64,000 nucleotides of DNA from an uncultured SAR86 cluster bacterium (GTDB lineage Bacteria > Pseudomonadota > Gammaproteobacteria > Magnimaribacterales > AG-339-G14), in contig CACAWS010000003.1 in assembly GCA_902536295.1 (NCBI GenBank), positions 41,606-105,605 on the forward strand, read 5' to 3'. The notes under the pieces were generated by a model. The model was not told where the DNA came from. It saw only the letters and a program-made list of their open reading frames with translations, and ran no database searches. A program made the translations under genes and the position numbers. This document shows positions 57,171 through 64,000 of this stretch, piece by piece. Every line of letters starts with the position of its first letter. Within the stretch, counting starts at the first letter, position 1.

Positions 57171-58122
57171 TTTTAAAAAATTTATTGAAGACCTACTCGA
57201 TTCTAAAATAAAAGATCTTAACCGTCTTTCAGGCGGAGCATCAGCGGAAACTTACAAAATTTGTTTATCGGATCATAAAAATTATATTTTAAGAAAAACT
57301 CCAGATTCCGCTGAATCTAAATTAGCTATCTCAAAAAAATTAGAAGCAAAAATACAAAAAATAGTTCAAAAAAATAATGTCCCTGTTCCTAGAATTCTCA
57401 AAGAATTTGATGAGTCGAGTGGATTCGGTAGTGGATATATTATGGAGTTTATAGATGGAGAAACAATTGCTCGAAAAATTTTAAGAGATGAAAAATATAA
57501 AAAAATTAGATCTTCATTAACTTTTCAAATAGGAGAAATTTTATCCAAAATACATCAAAGCGATATAGGACAATTGGCGGAACTCAAAAAAATGTCTTTT
57601 GATGTAGCTTTAAATGATCTTCATGAAGTCTATAAAACTTTTGAAGAGCCACAGCCAATATTTGAATACGCTTTTAATTATTTAGCTAAAAATAGTCCTA
57701 AAGATTCACATAATGTTTTAGTGCATGGGGACTACAGACTAGGTAATTTCATTATTTCTGAAGACTCATTTGAGTCAGTAATAGACTGGGAGCTAGCTCA
57801 TATAGGCAACCCTTTAGAAGATTTAAGTTGGTTATGTGTAAAGTCTTGGAGGTTTGGTAATAATTCTAAAAGAGCCGCTGGTTTAGGGAGTATTGAAGAA
57901 TTAATAGAGGGATACGAAATAAATTCAAACATGAAAATCGATCTTGAAGAATTAAATCTATGGCAGATCTATGGTTCATTGAGGTGGGGTATCATATGCA
58001 TGATTCAAACTTTTGCTCACCTAAATGGCAATTTAAAATCTTTAGAAAAAGCAGCAATAGGCAGAAGAGTATCTGAAACAGAATTTGATCTAATGAACAT
58101 GATAAAAAATAAAAAATTTTGA
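57163..58122 (+). CDS. APH/choline-kinase-fold phosphotransferase (LvaA-like)
   Basis: Motifs LSGGASAETYKI, a catalytic loop VHGDYRLGNF, and IDWELAHIGNPLEDL. It overlaps the ACAD gene by 8 nt. Confidence 0.85.
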   Translation: MDNFKKFIEDLLDSKIKDLNRLSGGASAETYKICLSDHKNYILRKTPDSAESKLAISKKLEAKIQKIVQKNNVPVPRILKEFDESSGFGSGYIMEFIDGETIARKILRDEKYKKIRSSLTFQIGEILSKIHQSDIGQLAELKKMSFDVALNDLHEVYKTFEEPQPIFEYAFNYLAKNSPKDSHNVLVHGDYRLGNFIISEDSFESVIDWELAHIGNPLEDLSWLCVKSWRFGNNSKRAAGLGSIEELIEGYEINSNMKIDLEELNLWQIYGSLRWGIICMIQTFAHLNGNLKSLEKAAIGRRVSETEFDLMNMIKNKKF

Positions 58123-58469
58123 AAAATCTCTTCGACAGACCTACAAAAAAAGAATTAGTTGATGCATTACATTATTTTTTTCTAGAAGAAATTGATTTAA
58201 ACGATTTTAAAGAAACAAGTAATTTTAAACTTAGAATTGCTTTAAATGTGTTCAAAATACTAAGAAGGGAAATTAACAACGAAGAGGAGTTAATTCGTAA
58301 ATTTGAAGATCTAGGTTTTAAATTATTTAAGAAAAAAATATATTCAAAAAAAGAGTTATCAATGATTATTAAAGATGAATCTTATGATGGTTCTCTTATG
58401 GAAACTTTTTTATTTGAACTTGCTAGAGAAAAATTAAAAATTGATAATCCTAGTTATCTCAAAGATTAG
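58119..58469 (+). CDS. small DUF6285-like protein (possible LvaB-type kinase partner)
   Basis: 116 aa. The TTG start overlaps the kinase TGA. The N-terminus DRPTKKELVDALHYFFLEE...FKLRIALNVFKILRRE resembles the small proteins I recall accompanying this kinase/ACAD pair. The family assignment is from memory. Confidence 0.55.
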   Translation: MKNLFDRPTKKELVDALHYFFLEEIDLNDFKETSNFKLRIALNVFKILRREINNEEELIRKFEDLGFKLFKKKIYSKKELSMIIKDESYDGSLMETFLFELAREKLKIDNPSYLKD

Positions 58470-59570
58470 TTAGCGTAGATCATAAATAGCTTGCTCAGAT
58501 ATCTTATGATAATTAGAAACTCCTTTTTTAAACTCTAAAATAGATTGATAAATTTCTTTAGCAAAATCGTCATTAGCAACAAATTCCTGTAAAACTTCTT
58601 TTGAAATTTTTTCCAACTCTTCAAGAACTTCATCAGGGAACCTTTTAAGAATCACGTTATGGTCTTCAATTAAAGAAATCAGGGCTTTATTATTTCTTGC
58701 TGTGTATTCATCGAGCATATTTTGATTAACCGCTCTTGCAGCTGTTCTAACAATGGCCTTAATGTCATCGGGCAGTTCATCAAAAGCCTCTTTATTAAAA
58801 ATAAATTCCGTCATAGCCCCTGGTTCTTGCCAGCCTGGATAATAATAGTATTTGGCTACTTGATGAAACCCAAAAGTTAGGTCATTGTAGGGACCTATCC
58901 ATTCAGCAGCATCTATTACTCCGGTTTGAAGATTTGTAAAAATTTCACTTCCTGGCATTAAGACTGCTTCTCCACCCGCTCTGGAAAAAACCTCTCCGGC
59001 TAATCCAGGCATTCTTATTCGAATTCCTTTTAAATCTTCGAGTGAATTTATCTCTTTATTAAACCACCCCCCCATTTGAACTCCTGTGTTTCCACCTGCC
59101 ATAGGAATTAAATTAAAAGGTTCATATGCCTTTTCCCAAAGCTCTATTCCTCCGCCAAAATAAAGCCAGGCATTTCTTTCTTGAGCATTTAATCCAAAAG
59201 GCAAAGTAGTAAAAAATTGTGCAGCAGGAAGCTTTCCTATCCAATAATACGCAGCACCATGACCCATTTCTACTGTTCCTCTGGATACAGTATCAAAAAC
59301 CTCTAAAGCTGGGATAAGCTCACCATTTCCATAAACTTTTATTTTTAGCCTACCATCAGTCATTTCTTCTACAAGTTGAGCAAAGTTTTCGGGGCCCAGA
59401 CCTACGCCAGGATAATTTTTAGGCCAAGTAGTTACAAGCCTCCATGAATAATTTTTTCTTTCTAAGCTCTCTTCAGTTTGAGCTACTTCATCTGAACAAG
59501 AAACTATAAAAAAACTGATAATTATTAAAATTAAACTTTTTCTAAATTTGCAAAACTTAAGACCAACCAT
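58470..59570 (-). CDS. dctP: TRAP transporter substrate-binding protein (DctP-type), predicted lipoprotein
   Basis: It has WRLVTTWPKNYPGVGLG...GTVEMGHGAAYYW and a lipobox (FIVSC) after MVGLKFCKFRK. The only in-frame start that keeps the signal peptide is the ATG at 59570. Confidence 0.85.
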   Translation of the reverse strand: MVGLKFCKFRKSLILIIISFFIVSCSDEVAQTEESLERKNYSWRLVTTWPKNYPGVGLGPENFAQLVEEMTDGRLKIKVYGNGELIPALEVFDTVSRGTVEMGHGAAYYWIGKLPAAQFFTTLPFGLNAQERNAWLYFGGGIELWEKAYEPFNLIPMAGGNTGVQMGGWFNKEINSLEDLKGIRIRMPGLAGEVFSRAGGEAVLMPGSEIFTNLQTGVIDAAEWIGPYNDLTFGFHQVAKYYYYPGWQEPGAMTEFIFNKEAFDELPDDIKAIVRTAARAVNQNMLDEYTARNNKALISLIEDHNVILKRFPDEVLEELEKISKEVLQEFVANDDFAKEIYQSILEFKKGVSNYHKISEQAIYDLR

Positions 59571-61699
59571 TTAGTCCCTCCACTATCAAAATTTACTTCT
59601 ACTCTAGCATTTGATCCATCTCCCTCACAATTAAGTATTACACCCTCACCAAATGATTTATGCGTAACTCTGTCGCCTAGAGAAAATCCCCCAACATTAT
59701 GCTCTGTTCCTCCCACAATTCTTGGTTCAAATCCTTTTTCTTCTACCTCTGTTTCAGAAGCCACCCTAATCTGATAAACCAATTCCTCTGGAATTTCCTT
59801 AATGAATCTAGACACGGGACTGAAATTTTCTATTCCATAAACGTTTCTTGTTTCAGCATGGGTGAGATAAAGTCTCTCCATAGCTCTAGTCATGCCCACA
59901 TAACAAAGTCTTCTTTCTTCTGCTAATTGTTTCGGATCCTCGGCTGATCTTCTATGAGGAAACAAACCTTCTTCACAACCTGCGATAAATACCAATGGAA
60001 ATTCTAAACCTTTTGATGAGTGCAGAGTCATCATCTGGATAGCATCTTCATTTTCAGTTGCTTGGTTTTCACCAGCATCTAAAGAAGCTTGATCAAGAAA
60101 AAGCTCTAATAGCGATCTATCGTCGTCATTATCCTCTCCTAAAGAAAAATATTCTGATGTTGCAGAAATCAATTCATCAAGATTATCAACTCTTGATCGT
60201 CCTTTTTCTCCTGGCTCCTTGCCATGAAAGTCTTTTAGACCACTTAGAGATATTGCCTTTTCAAAAAATTTATCTAAATCTTTATTAAAATCTAATTCTT
60301 GAAGTTGACTGATAATTTCAAAAAAAGCTTTTATATTTTTAGCGACTTTAGTATCTTTATCCTGAGCAAGTTGTTCTGCAGACTCCCACAAAGATAAATT
60401 TTCTTTTTTAGATTTTTCTCTAATTTGATCCATTGTTTTAGTGCCAATGCCTCTAGTAGGTACATTAATAACTCTCTCGAACTGTGAATCATTATTTTGA
60501 TTAATTGCTAACTTAGCATATGCAAGTGCATTTTTAATTTCCATTCGCTCATAAAATCTTACTCCACCATATATTCTATAAGGTAATTCTGAATTTAAAA
60601 TTGCATCTTCTAATATTCTGGATTGAGCATTAGATCTATAAATGATTGCAGAATCCGAAAGACTTCCTCCTTCCTCCATCCATCTTTTAATTATTCCAAC
60701 TATAAAATTTGCCTCATCCCTTTCATTGAAAGCTCTATAAACTTTTACTTGTTCTCCCTCTTCTTTTTGAGACCAAAGCTCTTTACCTAATCTATCTGGA
60801 TTATTTCTAATAACGGAGTTTGCACATGCCAATATATTTTTTGAAGATCTATAGTTTTGCTCCAGTTTAATAGTTTTGACCTGTGAAAAGTCTTTAGCAA
60901 ATCTTTTTAAATTAGTACTTTTTGCTCCTCTCCAACTATAAATAGATTGGTCGTCGTCTCCAACCACTGTCATAGACCCATTTTTACCAGCTAATTTTTT
61001 TAATAAAAGATATTGAATTTCATTAGTATCTTGAAACTCATCTACTAGAATGTGCCGAAACCTGTCTTGGTAATGTTTTAACAGATCATTATTTTTAGTT
61101 AAGAGCTCATAAGCTCTAATTAATATCTCAGCAAAATCTACTAAGCCCTCTCGATCACAAGTTTTTTGATATTCCTCCATGATATCCACCATTTTTTCCT
61201 CTACAAAGGTTGCATTCATATTCAAAATTGCTTTCCTTTTGCCCTCATCTTTCTGTTTATTAATAAACCATTGAGTGTCTCTAGGCTGCCATGTTTCTAA
61301 ATCTAAATTCATGGCCTGGATTACTCTTTTCAACACTCTTAATTGATCTTCGCTATCAATTACAGAAAAATCTTTCAACAAATTTGCTTCCTTCCAATGA
61401 ATCTTCAGCATTTTATGGAAAATTCCATGAAAAGTTCCACACCACATTTGATTTAAATTTTCTTCGAGAATATTTTCAATCCTGCCTCTCATTTCTCTAG
61501 CAGCTTTATTTGTGAAAGTGACAGTTAAAAGTGACATCGGATTTACCCCTTTAACAGAGGATAACCATGCGACTTTATGAGTAATTACTTTAGTTTTTCC
61601 TGAGCCAGCGCCAGCTAATATTAAAGAGTGGAGGGAGTCATCGGTTACTGCTTCTCTTTGTATTGGATTTAATTCGTCTAAAATATATGAAACGTCCAT
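59531..61699 (-). CDS. uvrD: DNA helicase II
   Basis: The sequence MDVSYILDELNPIQREAV...LAGAGSGKTKV is near-identical in pattern to the E. coli UvrD N-terminus. It also has TFTNKAAREM, VDEFQDTN, the helicase motifs V-VI, and a C-terminal GDRVTHKSFGEGVI domain. Confidence 0.95.
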   Translation of the reverse strand: MDVSYILDELNPIQREAVTDDSLHSLILAGAGSGKTKVITHKVAWLSSVKGVNPMSLLTVTFTNKAAREMRGRIENILEENLNQMWCGTFHGIFHKMLKIHWKEANLLKDFSVIDSEDQLRVLKRVIQAMNLDLETWQPRDTQWFINKQKDEGKRKAILNMNATFVEEKMVDIMEEYQKTCDREGLVDFAEILIRAYELLTKNNDLLKHYQDRFRHILVDEFQDTNEIQYLLLKKLAGKNGSMTVVGDDDQSIYSWRGAKSTNLKRFAKDFSQVKTIKLEQNYRSSKNILACANSVIRNNPDRLGKELWSQKEEGEQVKVYRAFNERDEANFIVGIIKRWMEEGGSLSDSAIIYRSNAQSRILEDAILNSELPYRIYGGVRFYERMEIKNALAYAKLAINQNNDSQFERVINVPTRGIGTKTMDQIREKSKKENLSLWESAEQLAQDKDTKVAKNIKAFFEIISQLQELDFNKDLDKFFEKAISLSGLKDFHGKEPGEKGRSRVDNLDELISATSEYFSLGEDNDDDRSLLELFLDQASLDAGENQATENEDAIQMMTLHSSKGLEFPLVFIAGCEEGLFPHRRSAEDPKQLAEERRLCYVGMTRAMERLYLTHAETRNVYGIENFSPVSRFIKEIPEELVYQIRVASETEVEEKGFEPRIVGGTEHNVGGFSLGDRVTHKSFGEGVILNCEGDGSNARVEVNFDSGGTKWLVLSFANLEKV

Positions 61700-61726
61700 A
61701 ATTAATTGTTTAATAAGAAATAATAT

Positions 61727-62308
61727 ATGAATTCAGACACAGATTTTTATAATTCCTTAGAACTTTCCTTAAAGTATGCCGAAAGTTTGCTCGAGGATGC
61801 AGTCAGTAATTCTAAGTCAATTTTTCATTCTCCTACATTAAGTATTTCAGATACGCCGCGCACAGTTGTTTTAAGGGAATACGACAGAAATGTAAGATAT
61901 ATGAGATTTCATACTGACTTGAGATCAAAAAAAATTCACTCTTTAAATGAAAATAACTTAGCTTTCATTCATGCATATGATCCAGAAAAAAAAGTTCAAC
62001 TCAGATTGAGAGGAAATGTAAATCTTCATCATAATGATGAGACTAGTTTATTGGCTTGGAATAACTCGAGAGAGATGTCTAAACTTTGTTATTCAGTGAA
62101 AGGTGCGCCAGGTGAAATTATTACTCATCCTGAAAAATATGACCTTGATAAAGAAAAAATTAATATAGAAGATGGCTACCAAAACTTTGGTGTATTAATA
62201 TTTAAATATTATGAGCTAGAGTTTCTTTATTTAAAGAATATTGGCCATAGAAGAAGTAAATTTACATGGAAAGATGATAAAGCTGAGTTGAATTGGTTAA
62301 TTCCTTAG
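61727..62308 (+). CDS. pyridoxamine 5'-phosphate oxidase-like FMN-binding split-barrel protein
   Basis: It shows the pattern PRTVVLREYD...FHTDLRSKKI, then QLRLRG... It resembles the Pyridox_oxase_2-type family. Confidence 0.55.
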   Translation: MNSDTDFYNSLELSLKYAESLLEDAVSNSKSIFHSPTLSISDTPRTVVLREYDRNVRYMRFHTDLRSKKIHSLNENNLAFIHAYDPEKKVQLRLRGNVNLHHNDETSLLAWNNSREMSKLCYSVKGAPGEIITHPEKYDLDKEKINIEDGYQNFGVLIFKYYELEFLYLKNIGHRRSKFTWKDDKAELNWLIP

Positions 62309-62643
62309 TTTTCTGAGCTGAATAAATTTATCAGCACAACTCCAACTATTACGAAACCCATTCCAACCGTTGTGAACAAATTTGGAATTTGCAAATACTT
62401 AATGGCTGCAAGGCCAGTTATCAAAAAAATGCCTACTCCTGACCATGTTGCATAAGCTACGCCAACAGGAATTTCATCTAGAGTAAAAGAGAGCCAGTAA
62501 AAACTAGCAGCATAAGAAATCGCGGTAATTAATGAAGGAATAACTTTTGTAAAACCTTCAGTTTCTCTTAAATATAAGGTTCCAATTACCTCAGCAATAA
62601 TTGCTAATATTAAAAAAATATAAGCATTAGTTAGGGCAGACAT
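62305..62643 (-). CDS. small multidrug resistance (SMR/EmrE-like) efflux protein
   Basis: 112 aa with four TM helices. A membrane-embedded Glu lies in LAIIAEVIGT, and a WSGVG motif is present. Confidence 0.85.
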   Translation of the reverse strand: MSALTNAYIFLILAIIAEVIGTLYLRETEGFTKVIPSLITAISYAASFYWLSFTLDEIPVGVAYATWSGVGIFLITGLAAIKYLQIPNLFTTVGMGFVIVGVVLINLFSSEN

Positions 62644-62680
62644 GGTATAAAATAAACTTAATTAATTTTAACTTATAAAT

Positions 62681-63457
62681 ATGTCAAAACATAACGCACT
62701 TCAAATGTTTGGTCGTTCAGGAAATCCTACCCTTAACGATGCAACTTTTTCAAACTTTAGCTCTTCTGATTCTATTGGAGGAGGTTTCATGACCTTACAG
62801 GGCACAGTCAATAAAACAGGGGTTTTATTGCTGCTAGTTACAATGTCTGCTGCCTTGACTTGGAATTTATATTTCGAATCAAGAGAAGCTTCTGCGGTAA
62901 TGCCTTTAGGGATTGGCGGCGCTATTATAGGCTTCATTTTAGCTATTGTGACCATGTTCAAACCATCTTGGTCAGGAATAACTAGTCCTGCATATGCTCT
63001 TGCTCAAGGGCTTTTTTTAGGAGCTATTTCAGCAATTTTTGAATCTCAATATGAAGGAATCGTAATACAAGCAGTTGGATTAACATTGGGAACCCTATCC
63101 TCTCTTTTACTACTTTACAAAACAGGCATAATCAAACCAACGGAGAACTTTAGACTTATGATAGTCTCGGCTACTATGGGAATAGCCTTACTCTATACTG
63201 TGAGTATTATAATGAATATGTTTGGCTCAGACATTGGATTTATACACTCAAACGGTTTATTCGGAATAGGATTTAGTTTGTTTGTAGTAGCAATTGCTGC
63301 TTTGAATTTAGTTCTAGATTTTGACTTCATTGAACAAGGCTCAGAACAAAATGCACCAAAATATATGGAGTGGTTCGGTGCTTTTTCCTTGATGGTGACC
63401 TTAATTTGGCTTTATCTTGAAATGCTAAGATTACTTGCAAAGCTCAGAAGCCGTTAG
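62681..63457 (+). CDS. Bax inhibitor-1/YccA-family membrane protein
   Basis: It has SGNPTL...MTLQGTVNKTGVLLLL at the N-terminus, then seven hydrophobic segments and a C-terminus with EMLRLL. Confidence 0.75.
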   Translation: MSKHNALQMFGRSGNPTLNDATFSNFSSSDSIGGGFMTLQGTVNKTGVLLLLVTMSAALTWNLYFESREASAVMPLGIGGAIIGFILAIVTMFKPSWSGITSPAYALAQGLFLGAISAIFESQYEGIVIQAVGLTLGTLSSLLLLYKTGIIKPTENFRLMIVSATMGIALLYTVSIIMNMFGSDIGFIHSNGLFGIGFSLFVVAIAALNLVLDFDFIEQGSEQNAPKYMEWFGAFSLMVTLIWLYLEMLRLLAKLRSR

Positions 63458-63666
63458 TGGATTCAAATCTTATCTTTTTTTCATTAATTGCTATTGCTTC
63501 GTTAGCAATATTTTTTTTCATAGGACCTATGAGAGCTTCTGAAAAGCAAAGAAATAGAGCAAATAGAATTGATTGGACTTCTAATAAATACTGGTTTGCA
63601 AAATACTTATGGGTGATAATTTTAATTGCACTTCTGACGGCTTCATTATTTAGAATATTTTTATAA
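63457..63666 (+). CDS. hypothetical small two-helix membrane protein
   Basis: 69 aa. The GTG start overlaps the upstream TAG by 1 nt. Two hydrophobic helices flank a basic loop (RASEKQRNRANR). Confidence 0.4.
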   Translation: MDSNLIFFSLIAIASLAIFFFIGPMRASEKQRNRANRIDWTSNKYWFAKYLWVIILIALLTASLFRIFL

Positions 63667-63667
63667 A

Positions 63668-64000
63668 TTGGTCATCAAAACAGACATTTTAATAATTGGT
63701 AGTGGTGCAGCCGGACTAACAGCAGCAATAGAATTATCTGATAGTTTTAAAATAACTGTTATCTCAAAAAATCAAATTATTGATAGTTCAACATGGTACG
63801 CCCAAGGCGGTATAGCTGCTGTTCTTGCTGAAGAAGACTCAACTCATAGTCACATTGAAGATACTTTGAAAGTTGGAGATGGATTATGTGATGAAAAAGC
63901 AGTCGAATTTTGTATAGAAAATGGAAAAGAAGCAATCCAATGGTTGCAAAACAACGGTGTTGTATTCACAAAAAAAAATAATGCTTCAGATCTTCATTTA
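63668..64000 (+). CDS. nadB: L-aspartate oxidase, N-terminal fragment (runs off the right edge)
   Basis: Not in the ORF track. My translation from the TTG at 63668 gives VIKTDILIIGSGAAGLTAAIEL...STWYAQGGIAAVL...HIEDTLKVGDGLCD. It shows the FAD GxGxxG motif and a NadB/succinate dehydrogenase flavoprotein signature. Confidence 0.85.
   Translation, partial: MVIKTDILIIGSGAAGLTAAIELSDSFKITVISKNQIIDSSTWYAQGGIAAVLAEEDSTHSHIEDTLKVGDGLCDEKAVEFCIENGKEAIQWLQNNGVVFTKKNNASDLHL

Noticed and set aside
1-64000. CRISPR arrays, defence systems, toxin-antitoxin pairs, retron/DGR elements, prophage or insertion sequences
   Set aside because: I looked for spaced direct repeats, reverse transcriptases, nucleases, integrases and transposases among all ORFs of at least 60 aa and in the few intergenic gaps. 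None were found. Every sizeable ORF is accounted for by metabolic, transport or housekeeping families.

Overview
This is an AT-rich, very tightly packed chromosomal segment. By my tally only about 1.4 kb of the 64 kb lies outside called genes. I call about 73 protein genes and one tRNA-Phe. I found no rRNA, CRISPR array, transposase, integrase, phage gene or recognisable defence gene.

The gene content (yggX, hspQ, zapE, rpoH, rdgB, metXW, a Vibrio-type TonB2/Ttp cluster) points to a streamlined marine gammaproteobacterium. SAR86-like is only a guess.

The housekeeping backbone comprises:
- gpmA, hisFAHB and mutY-yggX
- lgt-thyA-folA and efp-argS
- yggS-proC-yggT-metX-metW-rdgB
- trmB-thiG-thiS-rpoH and cysQ
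- yaaA, uvrD and nadB (partial)

The accessory content comprises:
- A cytoplasmic GH3/PA14 beta-glucosidase converging on a Gfo/Idh/MocA-aldo/keto-reductase fusion.
- A block from about 10 to 28.4 kb after tRNA-Phe. It holds a CoA-transferase, two GSTs, an HCCA-isomerase-like protein, a Met/His-rich outer-membrane barrel and two TonB-dependent receptors. The receptors flank a membrane-anchored sulfatase coupled to a TVP38/DedA protein and a winged-helix regulator. The block also contains a run of redox enzymes.
- A six-gene TtpB-TtpC-ExbB-ExbD-TonB-TPR energiser cluster.
- A same-strand string of TRAP dctQM, a lipoprotein M19 dipeptidase and an ACAD10/11-type dehydrogenase with an APH-fold kinase and a small partner protein.

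I see no clear-cut undescribed system of the defence or mobile kind. The best candidates for follow-up are:
- The split ACAD10/11 (LvaCAB-like) trio wired to a TRAP transporter.
- The receptor/sulfatase/TVP38 locus with its dyad operators.
- The double-oxidoreductase fusion.
- zapE, whose P-loop lies upstream of any canonical start codon.

All homology calls rest on motif recognition by eye. No searches were run.
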